In this document: positions 26,950 to 41,418 of the stretch, in pieces
Layout: each line of letters opens with the position of its first letter
Numbering within the stretch: position 1 is the first letter of the stretch
DNA from: Eledone cirrhosa
Taxonomy: Eukaryota
Length of the DNA stretch: 64,000 nucleotides
Assembly: GCA_964016885.1 (NCBI GenBank)
Contig: OZ024742.1
Location: forward strand, 67,208,001-67,272,000
Direction: 5' to 3'
The notes under the pieces: generated by a model
Databases searched by the model: none
Told to the model about the DNA's origin: nothing
What the model saw: only the letters and a program-made list of their open reading frames with translations
Program-made: the position numbers and the translations under genes

Positions 26950-29420
26950 CGAGCTGATAAATAGAGTTAGTATCTTGAACAAAATTTCCCCTTGGCGCTA
27001 AAGGATAAAACGCACAAAAAACAGCCAAACTGCCCCACAATATCTTTATACAAACACTCATACCGGATCGCATGGCGCTTGAGTCAACAATGGTCGCGAC
27101 CCTCAGCCTAGGATCGAGAGTATGCAACTAAGTGAGATATTCTCCAAAGACTAGCTTGAATGAACACTTGAACGAGAATAAAATCAACCCAAGCTCTCCA
27201 TGTTCAGCACAAGGAAATTGACAAAAAGTCCAATGTATAAAATGAACTCGAGACGAGTATAAAAAAGTATTATTCCCTATTATTTATAGGGCAAACCATT
27301 AGAATCAAAACACACGGTAAATTCCTTTAGGGTATGGAGGGAAAGAAATCCAGACATGAGAAACAAATTTGCAAATGTAAAACTGGAAATTCTTAGAAAC
27401 AAGAGATTTACAGATGCAGAGTTAAATTAAATTAAGAAGTATATTGAGAAAGATTTGAGAAAGTGATGGAATGATTATGTGACAGAAGAGATAATACAAA
27501 GCCTTTGACTATAAAGGGAAATTCCACAAACAATTGAAAGTATCAGAAAACACAACAGAAAGACAGATTGAAAATAGAGAGAGTGTACGTCTACCCCTGA
27601 ACATCATGATCAGAATAGAACAAACAAAACAAGAAATTCTCAATGAATTTTAAAAAAGAATCATTAGTATGGGTGAACGAGAGTCCTTGCAAAAATGACA
27701 AGAACAACCAGGACGGAAGACACATAAGCTCTAGAAATAAGGCTGTTAAAGCAACAATTAAAGAGATGGAGCCTGATGCAGCAGACAATTGAATGAACCA
27801 ATCTATGCAGGATTATCTGTGGTATTTCTCAAGGTGTTTCATTTCCTGTTAGATATTTTGCATTTCATGCAGACCACTATTTCTAGAGCTCAGAAAACAA
27901 AATATGGTAAAAAATAAAGAGGAAAACCTAATAATCTATTTTCTATAAATGACCTGAAACTGTTTACCATAAAATGACAGCGAATTGGAAGGACTAATGA
28001 AGACAGTGAAGGTGTTCAGCCATGATTTAGGGGTGGGCTTGGGTTGCAAAATGCGCAAAAGCAACATTTATGAAAGACATATTGACAAGGAGAGGCTCAG
28101 TGGAAATAGATATGAATAAAATAACTAGAACAGGAACGAACATACAGTTATCTAGGAATCAAGGAAGATCAAGGTAATCACCCCGCCAGCATAAATGAGA
28201 GAATTAGGAAGGAATTCTGCCCTATATTACGTGTTGTCTTGAAAACTGAGCACAGCTCAAAGAATTCAATATCTGCCATAAATGCGCTTGCAATCCCCGT
28301 TCTCTCCTACAGTTTCAATATCAAATTGGAACATTAATGAAATTAAGAGAATGGACACAAAAATCAGGAAAACTCCGACCTGTAATAATCTACATCCCCC
28401 AAAATTATTTGTGGGTCGCTTCTAACTCCTTAGACAAAACGGTGGTAGAGGCATCATCCATCTTGAGTTGTATGTCAAATATGAACCGCTTGATACGAAG
28501 AATGCCTTAAAAGTAGATGACTGAAGGCTGAAATGGATGCAGATCATTAAAATAAGAGGTTACATTCATTCAAAAAGGAAAGTAGGGAGATTGCGAAAGA
28601 ATTGGGAATACATTTCGCAAACGATGGTGATTCTGGAATTGAAACTGCACGGAACATCTAAATGTTGGTAAAACATGAAGACCAATGGAATCCGTGCACT
28701 ATATGGGATAAAAAACTACTGCATGTTCAGTATGTTCTACGCTGTAAGGAACTCAGTAGCTACGGAGTTCTTCGCTAAAAGCAGAGGGTGAGAGCTTCAT
28801 TTTGCCTGTAGAATACTAGTATCGTTCAATGAGCAACTTTCAAGCCAATTTCGTCAGAAATGGAATTGACCCAATCTGGCTATTCTTCGTTGAGTATGTT
28901 GAGATCATTTATCACCTGGTTTCAGGCTGAAAACAATAGCTCCCAGGAATATATAACACGGCATAATAAATTGGGGCGATTACTTACTCTGGGTAATATG
29001 CATGTTTTGAGACATTAAGCAGAGGGGAAATTATACAACCATCACCCAGATGGGGGAATGTGAAAATCCGTTGGGATTTCCCCGTTGACACTGACCGAAA
29101 AATCAATGCCAACAGACCTGTTGGAATTGTGAAGGATCATAACAGGTAAAACCGATTCTTGATTGACATGAGCATTCCATCAGACCGTGACATCTTGAAT
29201 GTGTTCCGAAAGCGCAGTAATTATATAGATCTGACAATTGAAATTGGGAAAATGTGGCATCTTAAAGTTTGTACAATACCAGTGATAGTAGGGTCACTTG
29301 GAATTATTAAAAAAGGGAACTGAAAAATATTTGCAGCAGATATCTGCAAAGCCATTACTACAACAGGTAAGGAACATTGTGCTGGCTGGCACTGTCCATG
29401 TCCTGAAAAGGCATTATCGT
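26950..29420 (+). mobile_element. Degraded R4/Dong-like LINE (RT + RLE)
   Basis: GISQG, NDLKLF, YSYLGI, AINALAIPVLSYSF, GGRG, TDRKINANRP and IGKMWHLK..IPVIVG, with many stops and frameshifts. Confidence 0.75.
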
Positions 29421-29589
29421 TTTAAATACACTATAGCCCTTGCCATATCTTTCTTTTTCCGTTTTTTTTTTAATATTTTCTTATTTTACATTCCATTCTT
29501 TCTTCTCAATCTAAATTTCCTTTTTTTCTTTTTGTATCAAAATGCATTTACATATTATCATCTAGTCCAGGTAATTGATCATAACCTCG

Positions 29590-30480
29590 GTTAAGGTAGA
29601 TATTGGAGAAAATCGAGCACTCTGCTAACCGAACCCTGACGCGTTGTATATGCAGAATGGAGTAGCAGTAGGGTGAGGTACTTTTGTTAAGACGGCGATA
29701 ATTCCTGCTGGGTCACCAAGCTCTGTTGGGTTTTTGGCGCTTCGTGTAGAGTGGAAGACCAGGGGCGGTTGATCGATGAATGATGCCCAAAGCTTCCATA
29801 TTGTCAAATTTGACCTTCACAATAGCAGATTTGTCTGGTGGTAGATGACATACACGGTTGTGTACCGGAGAACTGGTAGTTGGAATGTAGTGCTTTACTC
29901 TGTGGTGAGTTGTGGATTGGGAGATGTCATGATAATGAGTTTCATGTAATTCAAAAGGAATTCCGAGAACTCGTTCTTGGTCTCAGAGACGTTTGATATA
30001 TGAATAGTCAGATGTGCTGATGTTGCCAGAGAAATAGAGGCATACTTACTGCTATTGACGAGTCGTTTCCCCTGATTATCGATCACCGGTGAGTGAGGCC
30101 AAAGGAAGTCTGCTCCAATGATAGGCTGATGGTCATCAGCGACGGTGAATGTCCATGTATATTACTGTGAGTCTATTTGGTGGGAGAGAGTACGGTATCT
30201 GTAAGCTTTGATTGTGGAATCATTGGCAGCTGCCACTAACTCCTCTCTCTATAACGGTGGTCTTTTGCAGATACTGGCTGGGATGACACACTTCTACTTC
30301 TGTGTCGATTAAGAATCTGACTGGAGATCTGATCATAGACATACAGGACAGTTGATCATGTTTGCCGACCACCAGGGTGTTTATTGGTGGTTGGTCCTAG
30401 AGTTTCTCCCAGAGTCAATGATGAAGACCTATTGAAGTTATATGGTTACTTGGTATTTTTTGCTTCAAATTTCTTGTGAA
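29590..30480 (-). pseudogene. Ty3/Gypsy pol remnant (protease to RT start)
   Basis: Minus strand has FLIDT, QPIIGADFL and NYRRLN motifs, heavily disrupted. Confidence 0.6.
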
Positions 30481-30699
30481 ACAAACATATATCACTTTGC
30501 GTGACCCCTTGTCTTGTGGTTGACCTCGTGGTGTTGATTCTCCCTCATTACACCCTCTTCCGCCTCTTTCCCACACTGTCACACTTCGTATCCCTCTTTA
30601 CTTCTCTTCCTTACTTTTCCCCATTTTTTAACCTCCCTTTCCCTATTCTTTTCCATCCTTCCTTCCCTTGATGTTTTTCCTCCCCTTCTTCCACTTCTG

Positions 30700-31115
30700 C
30701 CTCTTACCTATCTGTTTACCCACAATTTTCTTCCACTTCTGCTTCTTACCTATCTGTTTACCCACAATTTTACCCAATATTATTATTTGACCTACCACTT
30801 TACCCACAATAATTATTTTACCCACCATTTTACCCAAAATAATCATTTATACCCACCATTAAAATAATTATTGTGGGTAAAGAGGTAGGTAAAATGATTA
30901 TTTTTTACCTACCACTTTACCTACCACTCTGGCCACAATATTCATTTTACCCACCATTTTACCCACACTAATCATGTTACCTACTACTACCCACAACAAT
31001 CATTTTACCCACAACGTTACCCGCAATAATAATGTTATCCACAACTTACCCACAATAATTATTTTACTCACCATGTTACCCACAATAATCATTTTACCCA
31101 CCACTTTACCCATTA
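30700..31115 (+). repeat. Degenerate minisatellite (about 33-bp TTTTACCCACCACTTTACCCACAATAATCA-like unit)
   Basis: Repeated TTTACCCAC motifs, with one unit inverted at about 30865-30902. Confidence 0.75.
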
Positions 31116-31119
31116 AATT

Positions 31120-32895
31120 ATTTATGTGTCCAGCGATTTCTTTACTGAGATATTCTAACCACATGCTCATAATATCGGAGTTGTGATCTCTCAAATCGGA
31201 GAAGTGGCGGCTCTACCAGGAGTGACTCTCTGGTCTCTTTTTCGAGTAACGTTACTCCAAAGACCCATCGGAGGAGTCCCATTTCTGCCACTTTTATTTG
31301 CAATTGTATTCTTTTGGTCATTACTCAAGATTCATGATCCTAGGTCAGAGTTGGCAGGAATACCAGGAAGACAGCGAGTTTGGCTTTTACACTTACCTCC
31401 CTTTCATCTGATTGCTGAATGCGGAGGCTGGCACATTACTGCATCAGCTTTTGAAATTCTTGCACTTAATTCAGCTTCCTGCATTCCATCACTCATGAAC
31501 ACGGCTCCAAGATACTTGAACTTCTCTAACTGCTTCAGTAGAACTCCATTCACATGTATATAAATTTGAGGGACTTCTGTCCACCCGTCCATCACACAAT
31601 GTGTATGTGTGTTTTGTGAATGTATGTGTGTGTAAAGGGAAGGAAAGGGATACACACATATATATGTCTAACTTAAAAACAGTGACACACACACAGACAC
31701 GTGTCTGTAATTTAAGAACACCGAGAAACTTGCGCGCGCGCACATACATACACTGTCCTATTACCACTCAAGAGCTTTGGCCCGGGCAAACATCCCTTCA
31801 AAGCTGGAACCGTGTGGGTTGTCCTGAATTGATGAGAAAAGACTTGACCATCTTACTCTGTGCACCAAGAGGCAGATGTCTTACCTGGGACGTCACAGTT
31901 AGTAACTATTTTGCTTCTTCCCACATTCTGGATGCAGCTACTGCATCCGCAGCTGAAAGGAACAAAATCCTAAAATACCGTGTACTGTCAGCTAACTACA
32001 TTATCCAGCCTGTGCCGTTTGAGACGCTTGGAGAAGTCGGGCAACGAGATTCTTATCTTCACTGGTGGTTCGCCAAACAAAGGTAACTGGTGATGCTCGT
32101 GAGGGTACTTGATTGTTCCAGCACCTCAGGCTCGCCATCACCCTAGGTAACGCTGCGAGCGTGCTGGCCTGCCTCAACAATTATTAGAAAGGTTTCCCAG
32201 TGCTCCTCGCTATATTGATATCTTTTGCTCTGGTAGCGGCTGGGTTTTTCCACTCTTTCGGTTGCATATTGCTCTGTGGCCTAAGATGTGTGTATTACCT
32301 GCTTCTGTATTTTTCTCTTTATTTTTTCCTTTCCCTTTCCTTTGTATATATTAGATTTGTTAGTATTTTCGTTCTGTAACCATTATATTAAATGAGTTTT
32401 AAAAAACAAGAGTTAATAAATAAATAAAATGTTATACTTGTTTTACCTTCTCATTTCCAATTTCACCGAACGCTGCTATCAGGACCATGTGTGTGTTTGT
32501 GTAAATGTATGTGTGAATGTATGTATGCTTGTGTGAAAGTATGTGTGAATGTATGTGTATTTGTGTGATTTATGTCCGTGAGTGTGTATTTTTATAAGTT
32601 TGTGTTTGCGCGATTATAGTTATATACTCATAAAAGTTATATACTCATACACATAGATGTATGTAAGTGCATATTCATACGCGTCAGCGTGTAGAAAATC
32701 AGAATATCTCTATATCGCTCATCACACACTCTCTCTCTTTTCCTATATATATGGTAGTTGAAGTGGTGGTGGTGGTGGCGACGATATACCGGAATTGCAA
32801 CTTTGAAAAGAAGTCAATTTTAAATTATTTATTTTTACGAAATTATTTGTTTACGAAATTTAGTACATAAATTATGTAATATTCATTCATTATTC
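31120..32895 (+). repeat. Composite duplicated block, copy 3 (RTE fragment on - strand 31126-31600, CRE-like RLE fragment on + strand 31790-32187)
   Basis: - strand NGVLLKQLEKFKYLG..ARISKA, + strand CLTWDVTV..PVPFETLG. Homologous to copies 1 and 2. Confidence 0.85.
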
Positions 32896-32904
32896 CTTCA
32901 AAAA

Positions 32905-33201
32905 TCCTGCCGAGGTTAACTTTGCCTTTCATCCTTACGGGGTTGATAAAATAAAGTACCAGCAATGTACTGGGTAATTGCTGGCCGTGTGCCAAAAGTA
33001 GAAACAATTATTTATTCAAAGGGCGGTGGATTGGCAGTATCGGTAGAGGGTCTGACGGCATGCTTTGACGTATAGAGTTACGGCCCTTGCCATTCTGAGT
33101 TCAAATCCCGCCGAGGTTAACTTTGCCTTTCATCCTTATGGGTCGATAAAATAAAGTACCAGTAATGCACTGGGTAATTGTGCCAAAAGTAGGAACAATT
33201 A
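32905..33201 (+). mobile_element. SINE tandem dimer
   Basis: Two consecutive copies of the Meta-type SINE. Confidence 0.85.
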
Positions 33202-34989
33202 TTTAATCAAAGTAATCCAACTTATTTTATTAACTGGATTAAAAGAACTAAACCGTACACAGTCCCGCAGACATTCCTTTATTGTAGTTTAGACATTTAA
33301 AATTGTTTATGCCTTATGCTATCATGTGTATGGCATTTCATTGTAAAACGTGTGTATTACCAAATTTTATCTCAGGTGTCAGATTGACACTCACATGATA
33401 TGGAAAAGAAGCAGAATTCAAAGTAAGTTCTAAATAATGATAATAATATCAATAACAGAAACAAAAATAATAGCAGAAACCTTAGGTATATTATGCCACA
33501 CTAATACTTCTCCTGCACATATACGAAAAAAAAGAACGAAAAGAAAAACGAGAAAAAAACATAATTTCCCAACGATCTTTGTGGAAGTTGACAAATAATG
33601 AGAAGTTATTTTGATTCTTTTCGATTTCTTCCAAGATACATCCATCATGCCTAGAATGAAACATAGGGACACGAAGGTTACATATATGTTACACAGAACA
33701 TCTATATCTGATATCTTTTATCTCGTTATCTCAATTTCTCAACACTAATTACATTCATTCATATATCTGCAGTTATCCTTGTTTTTCAATTCAGAATGTT
33801 CGAGAATGATGGATGGTATACAATAGTGCCATCTGATATATAATTTGGATGTAAGCATGTGTTTTAATGTTCTTTTATGAATGTGTTATATATTGAGTAG
33901 TGGTGGTAATAATGCTGTCGGTTATGGTGGTTGTAGAGGTAATGAACTTTGTAGTTATACGTGTCGTGCTATTTATGGCAGACGCGCTGAATGTTTTCGT
34001 TGCAGTTGTGGTGGTAGAATGGCAAACGTCATTGTTTATCTAGGGGATTTTGTTAGCGGTTGATTTAGGGGATGTTATCGATTGTATTGGCGGTTGTTAT
34101 AGCTTTACTATAGGTGAATATGATAGCGTTCCTTTTATTAGTTGTCATTTTGATTATTTGTTGTTTTAGTTGTGATAGTCCGGTAATCCTGGTTGTGGTG
34201 GTGCATCTTATATTTAGGGTAAAAAGGTTTTCGGTAATTGTAGTTCTGATTGTGACGTTGGTGCTCGGTGTAGCTCTGATGATAGTGGCTGTTGTAATGG
34301 TTAATGGTTAGTGCCAGTATGTGGTTTTGTTTTGGTAATAATTATGTTGCTGATTTTTATAGTTGTTTTGATGTTGGTGGGATGGTGAATGGTGTTATTG
34401 GTAGTGATTGTGATCGTTGTTGTTGTGTTGGTGCTGGTGGTTGTACTTTACATAATTTCCGTGTGACTGTTATCGTTCCTGTCTGCTGTAGATGTAGAGC
34501 AGATAATCGTTAGGTATTAATACTAATATTGTTTAGAATCACATCATTCCTGATTGGGAAAATGTATGAACAACGATGCTCTAGAGTGACAAACTATTTG
34601 TTCATCCACTTGATTCTGATACCATTATATAATTGAATGTCTCCATTACATTTTGAGGAACAGCGGGTGTGGTTCGAGTGATGTTTGCGTTATATACCTA
34701 CTAACGCGAGCTACTCCGTAAAGAATTACCTACAGTTTGGTATGACAATTTTATGTTAATTACGACGATGCCAACCAGGATCGAGCAGGACTCTGATCAA
34801 TAATCTCCTACCATGTCCACACACTCCCATTAATTCTATTATACAACTAAATGATCCAATATAATATCTCTTTATTTAAGAAATGCGTCCTTACACGCGT
34901 CGAAAATTGATATTCAAATTGTGGAACCGAAGATTGAGTAATCAAAATAAGTGTATATGACACTTTTAGCAAAAATAGGTAGAATAAAT

Positions 34990-35358
34990 TAATTGTTTCT
35001 ACTTTTGGCACAAGGCCTGCAATCATCCCAGTGTATTACTGGTTATTTATTTTATCGACCCCGTAAGGATGAAATGCAAAGTTAACCACGACGGGATTTG
35101 AACTGATATCATAAAGGGCCGTAACTCTATGCTACAAAGCATGGCGTCCAACCCCCTACCGATACTGCCATAGAATAAATTAATGTTTCTACTTTTGGCA
35201 CAAGGCCAGCAATCACCCAGTGTATTACTGGTACTTTATTTTATCGACCCCGTAAGGATGAAAGGCAAAGTTAACCTCGGCGGTATTTGAACTCAGAATG
35301 GCAAGGGACGTAACTTTATGCGTCAAAGCATGGTGTCCGACCCTATACCGATATTGCC
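34990..35358 (-). mobile_element. SINE tandem dimer
   Basis: Two reverse-complement SINE copies, both preceded by tagaataaattaat. Confidence 0.85.
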
Positions 35359-37149
35359 AAAATGAGTGCCAACTTGTCAGAAGACAGATAAGACTACAAC
35401 AGTGTATTACCGTAGTCGGTTATTACCATAGTTCTATCTATGATAAGCGCTACTTTCAACAGATAATTATCTTCGTAACAAAAATAACGTGTTGTCAATC
35501 CCATACTAAGATAACATATCTTAGTATCATCATATATGTTATGATGTGCTTAAAGCACGTCATTATTGCAATTTTCATATGTACTATCTATTTACAAGTA
35601 ATCGAAGTGTACACAGGTCCTGCCCCGTTATTCGTAACACACTTTCTCTAAACTCTAAAGGTTTTAGTTTCACTGTCGGGAGTAGATACATATGCCCGCC
35701 TTCGATCGATCCAGCTGAACAACTAGAATTTAATAGCTAATGGTAAATATGGCTATGCCAACACTAGGCTGTTACTTCGTTTAGCAACCGTGAAAGAATG
35801 AAGGGCAAAATGGATCTTGGCCGCATTTTAATGTGAATAATAAATATTTACCGCTAAATGCCTTATTATAAAGAAAGTATCATTTTGTATAAAAGAAAAT
35901 ATACAACTGTTTTGTATGAAAATAGGTAGACTATAACAAAGTATAGTGTGTATGTAAATTTTGTACATATGTATATAGTACAGCACAGATTTATCAAGAT
36001 GCTAATTGAATGGGATACTTGAATTTTCCCCGTGATAGTCCACCAACCTATCGAATTAAATAACCCTGTATATCTACCTCCACTTTTGTACCATATTATT
36101 AAATAATTTAATTTAATTTAAGTTTCACCAAGAGAATAGTCCTATACTATAGTTATTACCAAGACATCTTCATGTCCAGAATCATAAAAATGTCAAGTTC
36201 AAATCAATAGATTCTATCTATTCATATGACTTTTTTTTTTTCATTTTCGCCACTTAAATTCTTAGCAGAAAATCTTAACTTATGTTTATCTTCAGTAAAG
36301 ACATAAATCTTGCTATGCACTGCTATACCCTGATGAATATTTTAATTCTGATTTCATTTTACGTTAGGAATATATCCTGTTAGTTTTCGCTGTCAGTATT
36401 ACTGAACAATAAGAATAAATAACTGTATAGCTATGCCATTATATTATGCAGCATTCTTCTTTAAAGAGGCCATTATGTATATTTATGATACATTCTAACA
36501 GTTACAATTGTCTTACGTTTGCGAGGTTTAACAGAAACCACTTCTAGTTCGGAATTCATAGGCAATTGGAATTAACGACAAATATTGTGAATGTATTTAT
36601 AAAAAGAAAGTTAAATAAAACAAACATTCATGGTTCATATTCTAGCATTGACAATGTACTATGGGTTTAGTAAAATCGCTTTAGACTGTCATTCAGTACT
36701 TCTCACACCGAAGTGGTAGATAAAAAATGTGTTATATCTTCGCAAAGTCACGTGGTTTTGCTATCTAAGGTCATTACATCAACGATGTTATTACACTCCA
36801 AATCTACAAAAATAAAGACCCTTTAGCTATATCATCTCATTTTAACCCAACAAAATGTTGAGTTGACTTCAATGCATTGAAATGAAGGGTACTAAAACAA
36901 TGCATGCCTAAGGATTCAATAGGTCATTAATTAATTGTGAATATTTTCAAAGATAGGAATATTTACTAAGAAAAAATATATTTTGTTGAATTAGTAGATA
37001 TAAAAGTGATGGGACATATATGTTCTTATAGATATTCACAACATATGATACCTTTTAGACTTAATTCTGTAAGTTCGAATAACAGACGTCCATGGCAGTG
37101 AAATAGAATAAACAGACTAGATGATTGATTTTATTGAGAAAATATTTTG

Positions 37150-37400
37150 TTTACTTCATATACCATGCTCCTTCAATTTAGTCAGGAAATGCGTGTGATA
37201 TATTTTCCACGATCGTATTGAAGCCGAAATTCTATACACGATTTTGTATCTAGAAAGTGTTCCTACGTGTATGGCCAGGAGGGTGGATTTTGTGTTTTGA
37301 GTTACAATGAATCTGAATATATTTCTACTTATTTTGCTTGAGAAGTTGGTGTGAACCATATGATATCATTGCGCCTGGCGCTATTTCTTTAGATAGCTCA
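37150..37400 (-). pseudogene. Very old Penelope ORF remnant
   Basis: RRNDIIWFTP resembles the PLE RRNIIWFNPP motif. Confidence 0.4.
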
Positions 37401-38099
37401 CGCCTTGCATCCTCTAGAGGTTGTCTACAAGAATGGTGATTGAAAGTAACATTGAATAACTTATTCCTAATGCGGTAGAGGAAGATCTGAAACTCTCTGG
37501 GGAGGTACCACCATATATTGATATGAGTAAATTTTCCTTTTATTTCCAGCGTATTTTAAACAATGAAGTCGTGTTGGCGATATATATTTTATGGTTTAGA
37601 GTCTTAAGAGTGAGATTGTTGACCTTCAATAAGGTCTTTAAAATATAGCTACTTTTAGTCATAGCTAATAGTATATTAGTTAGCAAGTACATCTAAGATG
37701 TATAATCATGCTAAATTGTTTACATCCGTTCCCTTCATGTCTGTGTCGAATCCAAAGGCAAATAACTTGGCTTGGTGTGGCTAATATTATACACGCAGGA
37801 ATTTTTACACTCATAGACACTAACGACAGACATGCACACACACATGCGCACGCACATATATGTACATGTATGAATAAAGCAAGTAGAGTTGATGAAATTA
37901 TGCTAGAATGATGCCGTTAAATTGAGAAAACAGGAAATGTCTGACTTGAGACTATTCTTTCAATCATTTCACTCATTGGACGGCAATATATATGATAAAC
38001 TTAGGAAAATTAACAAAGAGCGAACAAGTCAACGAACAAAAACAAGGCAAAACGAAAAACAATTTTTTAAGGGGAACATTATTTTTTTTTTTCAAATAA

Positions 38100-38290
38100 C
38101 AATTGTTTCTCCTTTTGGCACAAGGCCAGCAATTAGCTCAGTGCATTACTCGTACTTTATTTTATCGACTCCGTAAGGATGAAAGGCAAAGTTAACCTCG
38201 GCGGGATTTGAACTTAGATCGCAAAGTGCATAACTCTATGCTGAAAAGCATAGTATCCGACCCTCTACCTCGACTGCCAATCCACCGCCC
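38100..38290 (-). mobile_element. SINE (Meta-type core)
   Basis: Reverse complement of the family consensus. Confidence 0.85.
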
Positions 38291-38673
38291 TTTTTTAAAA
38301 ATAATGATACTGTTGAGATGGGCTTTAGCAGTTTCGAACCCCACCAACGGTTTTTCTGGTCCAACCTGGGTCACAGCCTCTGACACAAGCCAAACGTTGT
38401 CCAGTGAACTAGGAGACGAGAGACAAAACATTAATTCATAGCAGTTAAGTTATAACAAGTAAACATAGAATTGTCTGTGCGGTCAAGTAAAGTGTGTGGT
38501 GCTTCTTATAGCACGAACATCTCAGGGATGAAACGGTTACGCGCGTTTCGCAGAGAATTGTCTCAAGTTTGCCCATAGATGTTAAGGATCCGGCTCCACT
38601 ATTAATATGCTTTTCAGACTGGTGATTTAAAACAAAAATTCAATGTTTTCTGTGATGTGTGAGATGTTATATG

Positions 38674-38725
<52 letters not shown>

Positions 38726-40936
38726 GTATATATGAGTGTATACTTATTTAAAGTGCCTCTTTTCGATATTAAACATTTCCATACACACACATGTATATCG
38801 TTTTCATATATTCTTTATACTTTTGTGTTTTTCTATCGTTATATTTTTCTCTCCCATAATCAAAGCTCGGAATCGCTAATCCCTAGATAGTGACATTCCA
38901 TTTAAACGTTTTTCACGTCATTATACTGATATTTGTTCTTTTTCTAACCCGTGGTTGCCTCATACATGCCCATACAGCTGTTTTGCCGTTTTTCTTTACA
39001 CGAATGCCTTTTTATACAAACAAACGCATGTACTTTTATGAGGATGTATTCGTGTCTAGTTGCATGCGCATGAATGTATAACTTCGTCAATAATACGTTT
39101 CAATTCCCAATCACGTTTCTAATCATGATAGTAGAGTATTGTTTGACAGATTGCGATGCGATTGTTAAGCGATGAATGTGATTTTAGAAATAAAAAAATG
39201 AAAGCTATTTCATACAAAACCATTGTATATCATACGTTTTTTAATCATTTGGATTTTACTTTTTATAAATATGTGAACATTACATGTTACTTTGTAACTA
39301 TAGTATCAAATATTCTTCCACACGATATCTACATTTCTCTTACTAACCTACTTTTCCATTATAATTTATGTTCCAGTAATACTACACCTGTTACTTCTCG
39401 ATATGATAGAGATAAGTCTTATGTGACAAAGTTGATTGACATTGATCCAGAAAGTATACATCACTGGAACATGTTCTGGTACTATGTAAGACAATCGATT
39501 TAGGTTACGCTTGGAGACATAATCATGGTTGGAGTGACTTCACTTATGCATTACAATCATTTTTCTGATCTAATTCAAAATATAAAAAGCAAATATGCGT
39601 GTCAAATTCATGCAAAAGGAGAATGGGAAATGACAAGGCAGCTATGTAAATAGAGGAATCCTGGTACCCAGTATTCTGCATAGGGCTAAGGGCTGGAAGA
39701 GAAGGATGCAAATGAAGAAAATATTCGCATTGTCGAGTCATATTGCTAAAAAGGAAAGAATAGATTGTCATTATGATATTACGTGACAATTCCTTCCCAA
39801 CTATATGAATTGGATGGAAGATAAAAAGATTAAAGTGTAAAGAACTTAAGGAGTCGTATGAAGTACGAGTATGGCAGAGTTCTCTGAGGAGAGGAAACGC
39901 TGGGAAATTGTACCACAATTCTCCTGGTTGTTATATAACGAAGAACAATCTTAAAGAGTTGGTGGAGAAACTAAAGAGGGAAGAGGTGTATACCTCATTA
40001 AAGGTTCAAGAGAAGCATTGCCTAATATCATCAATGCTGCTTGAAAGGGTAGCATTGATGATATTGGCATTGAGTGTAGGTGCCGAAATGTTTCAAATCA
40101 CCAGTCAGGGACTTATACAAACGCGAGTACCTCAGTGAAAGTTGCACATAGAATATATATATAGTATAAAATGCAATCGTCTGTCTCTCAATATCAGCGC
40201 CCCTATAAGCTAGCGAACACATCAATACATAGTAGGGATGTTACCCCCCCCCCCCCCCCAATACCAACAACTATCAACACCACAAATTCACATATATATT
40301 TATATATAAGTATATAGGGGAGCTTGTTTGACTTAACAAAGCATTGAGAAATTTGAAGTTATATTCACAACAATAAAGATAAATACAACAAATGTGGTCC
40401 AAAGGAATTGTAGAAATCAGGTAAAGTTCACTGACAGACGTAAAACGGCGGACAAAGCTATCCATATTATCCATCCATATGTTACAGAGGGGGCCAAAAT
40501 GAAGCGGGTATCGCCAGCTATGTGTATTGCTGTGTACCTTTAGGCTTGCATTTCTAACATACAATAACAATAGTGGGAATACTAATATGAACAAAAACAA
40601 CAACACTTAAAACAAAAGCAACAGAGACAAGAAGGCCAACAACAATACCAACAAGGGCAGCAACAACGACAACAACACCAATAGGAACAGCAACAATAGC
40701 ACCAACAACACATGAATAACAACAACACTATAAGCAACAATGAAGAGCAGCAAAACAGCAGCACCAAAAAGAAAGACAACAGCAACAACAACAAAAGTAC
40801 TTTAGTAGCCACAGCGCCAAGGAGGGCTCTCAAACCCTCGTCGATGTAAGGTTTACAAACACCAGTTTCTCCACATCTTCAAGTGAATATGTGGAGGAAC
40901 CCGAAAAATCAAAAAGAAAAGCAAAAAAGAAAAAAT

Positions 40937-41418
40937 AGTGAAGATCGATCCGCCGCCTTCTTTTGACCCGGAAAGGCAGGCAATAATCCTCTGTCTGGTG
41001 GCGGTAGCGAAAGAGGTTGTGTGGTGCACCAGGTTAAAAGGACTGAGGACAGACACTTTTCTCTTCGGCCAATTCCTCATAAACCTTTTCAAGTTTTACT
41101 TGGAAAGGAATTTGAGAATGGGGAGAGAAATGCTGCCCCCAAGTAGATTTGCTAATTGTGGGTGAATGTAGCGAGAATGGCCTGTGTGAATGGGCCTTTA
41201 CTGAGCATGCGGCTGTAGGCTGGCTAATTTGAGGAGGAGAGGTTCACGATTGGTGGGATATCCCAGGTGACCCTGCGCGGTTATCCTCCATAATGGGAAA
41301 TTTTCATTGTTTTTTTCCTTGTTATTTTATTAGTGTTATTTATATTGTTACACGTATTTATGTAAAAACACCACTGGCCCTGTATCCTATAAGTCGGCCC
41401 TTCTGGCCATTAACAAAT
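40937..41418 (+). mobile_element. Tx1-like LINE 3' end
   Basis: LCLVAVAKEVVWCTRLKGLR is homologous to the C-terminus of the 7472-8527 ORF. Confidence 0.85.

Noticed and set aside
39500-40140. Purine-rich coding-like stretch
   Set aside because: No motif that I can assign to a protein family, and many stops.
40560-40800. Cys-rich or polyQ-like ORF
   Set aside because: Degenerate (CAA)n microsatellite.
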